Counted from the first letter of the stretch, positions 20,522 to 27,216 are shown. The stretch: DNA of 64,000 bases from Ostrea edulis (GCF_947568905.1 NC_079172.1:22878001-22942000); one strand, 5' to 3'. The notes: a model not told the origin generated them from the sequence alone. Program-made: numbers and translations.

Positions 20522-21925
20522 ATGATGCACCGAGAATCTTGCGCTTGTGGCACCAGCAGTTTAGAACTGTTTAAAGTGCCCCCGACCAACGTCACTTTAG
20601 AAGATTCGAAATGGATGGAATATTACCCCATTTCCAGTACCCTCAACTCGGATACGGCTCCGATTGAATTTGAAATCAAAGGACAAGGAGATGAATATCT
20701 GGATTTATCCCAAACTTATCTCCAGATGGTATGTAAATTCACGAAAGCCAATGGAACGAATCTCGCAGGAGGCAATTCGACCTCCACCCCCGTGAATAAC
20801 ATTCTCCATTCCTTGTTCAGTGAAATCGATGTCAGTCTCAATGGAAAAGTCATTACCCCGGGGACGGATACTTATCCCTACAAAGCGTATCTGGAGAAAT
20901 TGTTGTCTTATGCACCCAAGACTCTGGAAACCCAGATGAGAGCCTGTAGCTTGTGGGAAAAAGATACGGCAGGACATATGGATGAGGTCAAATTAGAAGC
21001 TCTGGCTCAAACTCCTGTGGAATTTGCAGTAGTGTCTAACAAAGTCAACATCGCGGCCGTCATCCCGACTCCCGAGTATCCGGATGATTCCAAGAATGTA
21101 GGGTTGAGAAAACGTCACGAGAAGATTACAGACAGTAAGGAGATCGTGTTGATGGATCGATTACATCTGGATTTGTTTGAGCAAGAGAAATGTCTCCCTA
21201 ATGGCTTGGATGTCCGTCTCCGATTCAATCGCGCTCGACCCCAGTTCTACATGATGACCGCTGCCGGGAGTAGTGGGAAAGTGGCCATTCAAAGTATGAT
21301 CTTGTGGGTGAGGAAAGTCAAACCTGTGCCGAGTATCATTAATCTCATCAATCAGCAACTGAGTACTCAAACGGCGAAATATCCATTGAGACGAGTGGAA
21401 GTGAAAACCTTCACCATTCCTAGTGGCACCCAATCTAAAATCACCGATCATCTGTTTCAAGGACAGATGCCTAAACTGATCGTGTTGGGCTTTGTGGACA
21501 ATGCGGCTTTTAATGGGGATAATACCAGAAACCCCTTTCATTTCCAAAATGAGAGAGTCAAGAAATTAGAAATCAGTATCAATGGAGAAATGATGGAAAC
21601 CCGACCTTTGGAACCTAATTTCACCGACGATCAGTACCTGAGATCGTATTTGAGTCTGTACAAAGGCTTGGGAAAATTAGGTCAGGACTGGGCTCCGGAC
21701 ATTACCCTAGAAGAGTATAAAAACGGTTACACCCTCTGGTGTGTGGATTTCACGAAAGATCAAGAAGCCCAGACGGATAAATTTCATCTCATACAGACGG
21801 GGAACTTGAGAGTGGAAGTGCAATTTGCCGCCAACGTAGCCAGGACCTTAAACTGTGTGGTGTATGCCGTGTTCGACAATCTGCTAGAAATCAACAAACA
21901 ACGAGAAGTCAGCATCGATTACTAA
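20522..21925 (+). CDS. Major capsid protein (double jelly-roll, hexon-like)
   Basis: [10 protein letters not shown]...EYYP...[21 protein letters not shown] and [12 protein letters not shown] motifs of the Polinton MCP; 467 aa. Confidence 0.93.
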   Translation: MMHRESCACGTSSLELFKVPPTNVTLEDSKWMEYYPISSTLNSDTAPIEFEIKGQGDEYLDLSQTYLQMVCKFTKANGTNLAGGNSTSTPVNNILHSLFSEIDVSLNGKVITPGTDTYPYKAYLEKLLSYAPKTLETQMRACSLWEKDTAGHMDEVKLEALAQTPVEFAVVSNKVNIAAVIPTPEYPDDSKNVGLRKRHEKITDSKEIVLMDRLHLDLFEQEKCLPNGLDVRLRFNRARPQFYMMTAAGSSGKVAIQSMILWVRKVKPVPSIINLINQQLSTQTAKYPLRRVEVKTFTIPSGTQSKITDHLFQGQMPKLIVLGFVDNAAFNGDNTRNPFHFQNERVKKLEISINGEMMETRPLEPNFTDDQYLRSYLSLYKGLGKLGQDWAPDITLEEYKNGYTLWCVDFTKDQEAQTDKFHLIQTGNLRVEVQFAANVARTLNCVVYAVFDNLLEINKQREVSIDY

Positions 21926-21932
21926 GAGAGAG

Positions 21933-22430
21933 ATGGATACTCAGCAATTGAGAGATGTTTTACAACGAGATTTAGGACCGGCGTTTGCCGGTGTGTATCC
22001 TCGAGATGTCATACCTGAGCTGTTACCTCATCACAAAGCCATCGTGGTGAATACAGACCCTCACGATCGCCCTGGAGCGCATTGGGTCTGTTTGTATTTG
22101 AGTAGCCCTACCGTCGAATATTTTGATTCTTACGGATTACCCCCCAGCCATAAAGACATCCAAGACTTTATTCAACGCCACGGAGAGACTTGGATTCATA
22201 ACACCCATTGTTATCAAGATTTGAATACGGATGTCTGTGGACAATACTGTGTGTATTTTTTACATCAACGCCATCGCCATAGAAGCACCGTACGAGAATG
22301 GTTACTTCCCTGGAAAGGCACGGCCTTACAACGCGATCGTTTTGTGGCGGATTGGTTTAAAGAGACCTTCCGAAAACCGAGAACCCATCAAGGACAAACT
22401 TGTCAATGTCAAAGACTGAATGTATTGTAA
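21933..22430 (+). CDS. Maturation cysteine protease (adenain/Ulp1-like)
   Basis: VNTD...GAHW, EYFDSYG, YQDLNTDVCGQYC give H, D, Q and C catalytic residues. Confidence 0.94.
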   Translation: MDTQQLRDVLQRDLGPAFAGVYPRDVIPELLPHHKAIVVNTDPHDRPGAHWVCLYLSSPTVEYFDSYGLPPSHKDIQDFIQRHGETWIHNTHCYQDLNTDVCGQYCVYFLHQRHRHRSTVREWLLPWKGTALQRDRFVADWFKETFRKPRTHQGQTCQCQRLNVL

Positions 22431-22515
22431 ACTATGTTATTGTTATTGTTTATAGTTGGAGTTTAATAAAACGTTGGAAAAAAAAAAAAAATTCTTGTCA
22501 TTGTAATCAACCATG

Positions 22516-22556
22516 TCTTTTCAAAAAGAATGGGTAGCCCTGAAAAGGGCTGTTTT
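22516..22556 (-). terminator. Histone-mRNA-type 3' stem-loop plus downstream element (copy 1)
   Basis: Minus strand AAAAC AGCCCTTTTCAGGGCT ACCCA TTCTTTTT GAAAAGA; stem-loop 22536-22551, downstream of ORF 22644-22940. Confidence 0.8.
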
Positions 22557-22643
22557 CTTTCTCTCTCTCTGTTCTTGGTCTTTTCTCTTCTTCTTCTCTC
22601 TTCTCCTTCTTCTCCTTCTCTTCTTCTTTTCTTCTCGGTCCCC

Positions 22644-22940
22644 TCACTGTCTGTTCTTCTTCTTCTTTCTTCTCTTCTTTTTCTGCTCCTCCGGGGGTTG
22701 CTCGTGGTCAAACACAAACACAGGCAACCACCCGTGTTTAAAAAACAATCTCCCCGGAGGCCGTTGCACCACTTCTAACTCTGCGTCCCAGTTTTCTTCT
22801 GGCGGGGGCAGATCCTGGCTCATGGGCGGTGGGGGAAGAGCCTCCCGTGAGGCCGGCGGGGTAATCTCTGCCTCCCAATCCTCCTCCCATTTGATACAAT
22901 AATCATTCACTGTAGGGTCTGGTCCTACTCTACGGCTCAT
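22644..22940 (-). CDS. Hypothetical 98-aa protein: acidic/Pro-rich with basic NLS-like tail
   Basis: EEDWEAEI and EENWDAEL repeats, LPPPP, KKKRRKKKK; has a dedicated upstream promoter and 3' stem-loop. Confidence 0.6.
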   Translation of the reverse strand: MSRRVGPDPTVNDYCIKWEEDWEAEITPPASREALPPPPMSQDLPPPEENWDAELEVVQRPPGRLFFKHGWLPVFVFDHEQPPEEQKKKRRKKKKNRQ

Positions 22941-22984
22941 GGTTCTGGTTCCTTTAAAAAATCGGAATGCCCGATTTTTGACGT

Positions 22985-23033
22985 TGCGCTCGGTTTAAAA
23001 AGGCGAGAGCGCGGACGTCCTCGAAAACATCCC
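22985..23033 (-). promoter_or_regulatory. Duplicated H4/HiNF-P-like promoter element, copy 1
   Basis: Minus strand GGGATGTTTTCGAGGACGTCCGCGCT...TTTAAACCGAGCGCA; 25/26 identical to 25044-25069. Confidence 0.65.
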
Positions 23034-23047
23034 CTACCTCAGATGGC

Positions 23048-23089
23048 TGACGTCATGTTGATGACTCATCAAAAAACACTATATAAATA
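23048..23089 (+). promoter_or_regulatory. CRE + AP-1 + TATA promoter
   Basis: TGACGTCA 23048-23055, TGACTCA 23062-23068, TATATAAATA 23080-23089, ATG at 23117. Confidence 0.7.
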
Positions 23090-23116
23090 GGTCACTTGTT
23101 ACCATTTTTCTCAATC

Positions 23117-23518
23117 ATGTCGTTTGAACGGTACGCGGATGATGAAAATGATGTACTAGTGTGTGGGTATTGCCGAGGACCTTGGAGCACTTGTGGGTGT
23201 TTTCATTATAAAAAAGAAAACATCCTGGCCAAACAGAAGTGGATAGAGAGATTGGCAGAGCTGACGTTTTATCCCTTTGTCTATAAATGTTGTGGTCACA
23301 CTAGAGAACCCTGGCTAGAGTGTAAGTGTCCGCAGCATTGTACCATCACCCCTGAAGAAGAAATAGCGCATAAGGACTGTACCTGTGAGATCTGTCAGGA
23401 GTTTAGAGAGCGCTGGACTCAGAGAAAGTTTGATCCCCGGGTGTTTCAACATTGTCCTTACAGTCAAGAACCCCGGTCAACGTGTACCTGTGAGACCTGT
23501 CAACCAGCATGTCGGTGA
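23117..23518 (+). CDS. Cys-rich putative zinc-binding protein (133 aa)
   Basis: Three copies of C-x-[YH]-x-[RQ]-[GE]-P-[WR]-x-x-C-x-C plus two CTCExC motifs. Confidence 0.7.
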   Translation: MSFERYADDENDVLVCGYCRGPWSTCGCFHYKKENILAKQKWIERLAELTFYPFVYKCCGHTREPWLECKCPQHCTITPEEEIAHKDCTCEICQEFRERWTQRKFDPRVFQHCPYSQEPRSTCTCETCQPACR

Positions 23519-24006
23519 CGGATCTACGAGGAGATGTATTATCTCTACCTTGGGTGGATGCTATTGTACAACAATGTAACTGTTTAACGGTGAAACCTCA
23601 TGGATTAAGTCAACGTATTGCCGAACGATTTCCTTGGGCTAATCTGTATGCGACCCGACAACCTTTAGGACGGAGAAATTTAGCTATAGCAGCGGATCGA
23701 GGAATACCGGGTACTGTGTGTATTATGCCTCATTCTACTCATCCTGATGTGATCTGTTTGTTAGCGCAATGGGATTACGGGAGAGGCACTCAACGCTTAC
23801 CCCTGTATGCCGATACCCCCGAACAACGTGAACTTTGGTTTCAACAATGTTTACAGGAATTAGGCACTTTGTCTTACCAGACTTTAGCGTTTCCTTATCG
23901 TATTGGATGTGGATTAGCCGGAGGCAATTGGACTCATTATAGACAATGGATTTGTGACTTTGCTTATCAGTATCATAAACATGTGTACATTGTCAAGAAA
24001 ATGTAA
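23509..24006 (+). CDS. Macrodomain (ADP-ribose binding/hydrolase; Poa1p/TARG1/DarG-like class)
   Basis: GDVL...AIVQQCNC...GLSQRIAERFP...PGTV...LLAQWDYG...LAFPYRIGCGLAGGNW. Confidence 0.9.
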   Translation: MSVTDLRGDVLSLPWVDAIVQQCNCLTVKPHGLSQRIAERFPWANLYATRQPLGRRNLAIAADRGIPGTVCIMPHSTHPDVICLLAQWDYGRGTQRLPLYADTPEQRELWFQQCLQELGTLSYQTLAFPYRIGCGLAGGNWTHYRQWICDFAYQYHKHVYIVKKM

Positions 24007-24098
24007 CTTTATTATAGCTTTATTCTAGCTATTACTTGTGTTAATAAAACTTTTTTAAAACAAACTTGTGTGTTTCTTGATTTTTGCCATAAAAAGTG

Positions 24099-24139
24099 TC
24101 TTTTCAAAAAAGTTGGTGGCCCTGAAAAGGGCCGTTTGG
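24099..24139 (-). terminator. Histone-mRNA-type 3' stem-loop plus downstream element (copy 2, perfect consensus)
   Basis: Minus strand CCAAAC GGCCCTTTTCAGGGCC ACCAA CTTTTTT GAAAAGA; stem-loop 24118-24133, 23 nt after the TGA of ORF 24157-24948. Confidence 0.9.
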
Positions 24140-24156
24140 TCCTAAGGACCGACTTT

Positions 24157-24948
24157 TCATTCCCTGCTTCCGGTAAACCGGCATAACGGGCACCGTCCCC
24201 GGGTGTGTCGCCGCTCCTGTAACTCTTCCACGCACGAGCAGCAAGCTGGGCGCTGCCCACATCCCCTGCACGTAATTCCAGAGTGTACCCTGTCTTGCCA
24301 GCAGACAGGACACTTAAACCAGATGGGAACCGCCCTATCTGCCCAGCCAGGGACAGTCATAGGGTGGTTCCTCGGGGGATGAGTTGCCACCGGTGCGTGG
24401 GTTGGTCTCGGTGGTGGTGGAGTCCTCCCTGCAAACCGGATGGTAGGTGGTGGGGGTCTTGCAGGGGCTGCTGGTCTCGGTGGTGATGCTGTGTCTGCCA
24501 CCAACAGCGACGGACTCTGGGCTGGACTGGGAGGTGGTGCGGGGGACGGTGACCGCGGTGAATACTCCACCGGTGACGCTGGTGAGTCGCTCATCGGCAC
24601 CGGGCTGTATTCCACTGGTGCCGATGGGATCGCTGGTGGTGGTGTTGTAGGCGTCGCCGGTGAGTAAGGTGGTGGTGGTGAGGGTGGCTGTGGGGCCCGT
24701 CGGCGCGGTCTCGTACCCGTGGAGATTCGAGCGGTGCGGCGGCGGGGTGCCCTCCCTTCATACTCGGCCCGCACCCGGCAGATGATCTCACGGACCCCAC
24801 TCTGGTCGAAAGGGGAGAAGGTGCTCAGGTCGTTCTCAGAACGCACGACCCAATTCTCCCCTACCCGTTCCTCAGCCACCACTACCAGCCGGTACCGGAA
24901 TCCAGGCAAGGTCTGAAAATTGTAGAGCGGGTCTCTTCTTGTAGCCAT
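24157..24948 (-). CDS. Pro/Ser-rich protein with C-terminal RING-like finger (263 aa)
   Basis: CPVC-x10-CRGCGQRPACCSC-x13-CPLC; PPPPY; YSPATPT, YSPVPMS, YSPRSPS; first ATG 24948. Confidence 0.8.
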   Translation of the reverse strand: MATRRDPLYNFQTLPGFRYRLVVVAEERVGENWVVRSENDLSTFSPFDQSGVREIICRVRAEYEGRAPRRRTARISTGTRPRRRAPQPPSPPPPYSPATPTTPPPAIPSAPVEYSPVPMSDSPASPVEYSPRSPSPAPPPSPAQSPSLLVADTASPPRPAAPARPPPPTIRFAGRTPPPPRPTHAPVATHPPRNHPMTVPGWADRAVPIWFKCPVCWQDRVHSGITCRGCGQRPACCSCVEELQERRHTRGRCPLCRFTGSRE

Positions 24949-25022
24949 TCTTCTTTCTTCTTTAAAATCCTTCAAAAATCTTCTATAACTGTGCTGGGTC
25001 ACCAGTGAAGCGAACTGGCGAG

Positions 25023-25069
25023 TGCGCCGGTATATATCGGGAAAGCGCGGACCTCCTCGAAAACATCCC
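25023..25069 (-). promoter_or_regulatory. Duplicated H4/HiNF-P-like promoter element, copy 2
   Basis: Minus strand GGGATGTTTTCGAGGAGGTCCGCGCTTTCCCGATATATACCGGCGCA, with TCACT Inr-like motif 29 nt after the TATA. Confidence 0.7.
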
Positions 25070-25503
25070 TCGCTTCGGAGACGAAGCCAAGATGGTGGCC
25101 GTCAAAATGGCGGATTTGTGCTTTCGAGTAGAGAGATTTTTCTCATTGTCTTTTTCTAGACATTCGATATCTGTGCAAGGTAGATTTAATCTGATAGATT
25201 CTGAGACGGCGAATGCGTTAAACTTATTTTTATTTTGCTACGTCGCATAGTTTTCAAAGAAACAGAGGTTAAAGAGGTCGAGTCGAGGTTCAATGTTTCT
25301 TCACCCCTCTTTAAAAATTTATTTCTCGACCATGTACATCCCTAACAACATCTCATAAGGTCTATTCGATAGAAAACACCTTATTTGATTCGATTTTCAC
25401 TCTACCTTTAGGATTTTCTGGATTCCTCAACAAATAAACCCTTCTCTGAGAGACTCAACCAAACACAGCTTTCGTGTAAACAATTTTATTCATGTCACAT
25501 ATT

Positions 25504-25722
25504 TCAAATACATAACTCCCACACACAACACCAATTCACATGTCTTTTTAAAATAGGGTCCAACATTTTTTCCATTTCTCGAATCCTGCGTTGAAATCGA
25601 TATCGATCAGCGGCTACAGTCATCCAGATACTTGTCCGGTCTTCTTCGGGTAACAGATGCACTTCATTTTGATCCAGATTAAAAGTCACACGTTTAACTT
25701 GACGTACATCTCTCGAAGACAT
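25504..25722 (-). CDS. PPP1R15/GADD34-like (ICP34.5/DP71L-type) PP1-recruiting protein, 72 aa
   Basis: KRVTF (RVxF) then EVHLL...W...AADRYRFQRRIREMEKMLDPIL, matching the GADD34/DP71L W...ARDRxRFxRRI...L signature; ATG 25722. Confidence 0.88.
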   Translation of the reverse strand: MSSRDVRQVKRVTFNLDQNEVHLLPEEDRTSIWMTVAADRYRFQRRIREMEKMLDPILKRHVNWCCVWELCI

Positions 25723-25991
25723 CGTAGTCTGATTTTCTCGATTTCTGCTCTGTCTGTGAGTCGAATTCGTTTCAATTCCTGGCCCATTAAATGAATCAGT
25801 ACTAAGGCTTGCGGGGTGATCCGGTTCTCGATCAAATACTGACAGAGACATGGATAGTCCTTTAAGCTGATGGGAAATAATTCTTCTCGCATATAGTGTA
25901 ACACAAATTCAAACTGCCCAGAATGAATGTCTGTGAGATAATCCAATACATAAACTATCGCTTTCTCTGTGATGTGGTCACTGCTGGCCAT
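25686..25991 (-). CDS. Helical paralogue 4 of tandem array (101 aa)
   Basis: MASSD start and FPISLKDY...LVLIHLMGQELK...IEKI...CLREMY, shared with its neighbours. Confidence 0.8.
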   Translation of the reverse strand: MASSDHITEKAIVYVLDYLTDIHSGQFEFVLHYMREELFPISLKDYPCLCQYLIENRITPQALVLIHLMGQELKRIRLTDRAEIEKIRLRCLREMYVKLNV

Positions 25992-26325
25992 CCTCCGGGA
26001 ATAAATGAAATGAATTAAGTTCTTCACACTTTATGTATACTTCTCGAAGCCAGTCCTTGGTGATACTTTCAATCTCGGCGGTTTTTTCAGGCATGCGTTT
26101 CTTGAATTCCTCCCCCGCGACATAAATTAACATCAACCCCGCATCGTTATAGAGATTGATGTACACATGGTTCCGTAGATCTGTATATTCGTCCAGAGTC
26201 ATTGGAAACACCCCCGCTATCAGATAATTTTTAACAGCTTGAAACACCGTATCGTCTTGCATTTTCTCCACCCATTCTAATGCATGGTTATGCGCTTTTT
26301 CTGCGATGTTGTCACTGCTGGCCAT
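25978..26325 (-). CDS. Helical paralogue 3 of tandem array (115 aa)
   Basis: MASSD...FPMTLDEY...GLMLIYVAGEEFKKRMPE...IESI...WLREVY. Confidence 0.8.
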   Translation of the reverse strand: MASSDNIAEKAHNHALEWVEKMQDDTVFQAVKNYLIAGVFPMTLDEYTDLRNHVYINLYNDAGLMLIYVAGEEFKKRMPEKTAEIESITKDWLREVYIKCEELNSFHLFPEDGQQ

Positions 26326-26353
26326 CCTCCAGGAATAAAGGAAAAGAAAACGG

Positions 26354-26707
26354 TTAGGTTTTTTTATACACCTTTTCCAGCCAGTGATCGGTAATCGCTA
26401 CAATCGCCCCAGTCTTCTCAGGTTCCCGTCGTCTAAATTCTTGGTCCATGTTATAAATCATGATCAATCCAGACTCTCTGTTCAGGTTGTCGGCTATATG
26501 CTTGCAAACGCTGGAATATTCATATAAGGTCATAGGAAATTCCCAAAAGATCAACAACTTCATGGCGAATTTATATCTCAACGGCTGTTTTTCTTTCCAG
26601 TCCTTGATACACTGTAATGCAGCGCTACGAGCGTTGTTCACCGATTCTTTGTAGTCCTCGAAATGCTGTAATACAGCGGTAAGAACGTTGTTGGTCAATT
26701 CAGCCAT
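26354..26707 (-). CDS. Helical paralogue 2 of tandem array (117 aa)
   Basis: FPMTLYEY...IADNL...GLIMIY...EFRRREPE...WLEKVY; first ATG 26707. Confidence 0.8.
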   Translation of the reverse strand: MAELTNNVLTAVLQHFEDYKESVNNARSAALQCIKDWKEKQPLRYKFAMKLLIFWEFPMTLYEYSSVCKHIADNLNRESGLIMIYNMDQEFRRREPEKTGAIVAITDHWLEKVYKKT

Positions 26708-26744
26708 GATGATCAAAATGAAAAAATTCTAAAACGTTCTTGTT

Positions 26745-27077
26745 TTATAACAGGGCAGCCATTCCTTTCATACGAATCAGTTCCACGAATCCTTTTTGTA
26801 GACAATCGCGTAAGATCCGATCAATGTCACTCATCTGGTCTGGAAGATTCTGTTTCAATTCCTCAGCATACAAATAAATCATGAGTAAACGTCCCGTATT
26901 GGTATTCTCCGCTAATGAATCAGCAATCCGTTGAAAACTATGTACATTTCTGACCTCCGGTGACATCTGTTGTACAAATTGACGAGCATTTTGAATGTGA
27001 GGATTATGTAAGGCCACGTTCATACATTGTAGTACATAACTATATCCATTTATTCTCGTAGTAGCACTGCCCCCCAT
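26745..27077 (-). CDS. Helical paralogue 1 of tandem array (110 aa), possible Bcl-2-fold protein
   Basis: SFQRIADSLAENTNTGRLLMIYLYAEEL resembles BH1 (FxxVxxELFxDGxNWGRIVxxxxF); TATAAATA on the minus strand at 27107-27114. Confidence 0.65.
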   Translation of the reverse strand: MGGSATTRINGYSYVLQCMNVALHNPHIQNARQFVQQMSPEVRNVHSFQRIADSLAENTNTGRLLMIYLYAEELKQNLPDQMSDIDRILRDCLQKGFVELIRMKGMAALL

Positions 27078-27128
27078 AGTAAATAACGAACGTTCAGAAA
27101 ACACCTGTATTTATAGGTAAAGGTTATG

Positions 27129-27181
27129 CATCACGTGATCAAACACCTGCACCACGTGATCAAGCACCTGTACGTCAGCTG
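27129..27181. promoter_or_regulatory. E-box cluster (2 x 21-bp direct repeat) in a divergent promoter
   Basis: catcacgtgatcaaacacctg 27129-27149, caccacgtgatcaagcacctg 27150-27170, then TACGTCAGCTG. Confidence 0.6.
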
Positions 27182-27216
27182 GTTTTTCTACAGTCATTCT
27201 TGTCTGACCTTCAGTC

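Noticed and set aside
22463-22902. Overlapping ORFs 22463-22717, 22513-22902 and 22530-22778
   Set aside because: Products of a CT/AG low-complexity tract; only 22644-22940 has an ATG with promoter support
22536-24133. Plus-strand reading of the hairpins as GAAA (GNRA) tetraloops or rho-independent terminators
   Set aside because: Eukaryotic context; the flanks (AAAC before, ACCCA/ACCAA after, purine-rich element) and the position after stop codons only make sense on the minus strand as histone-type stem-loops
25005-25250. 81-aa GTG-started ORF
   Set aside because: Runs through the promoter of the RING gene with no recognisable motif; kept only as part of a low-confidence transcript hypothesis
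26720-27100. Heat-shock elements (gaacgttc motifs at about 26731 and 27089)
   Set aside because: Only two properly spaced nGAAn units; no third unit in register
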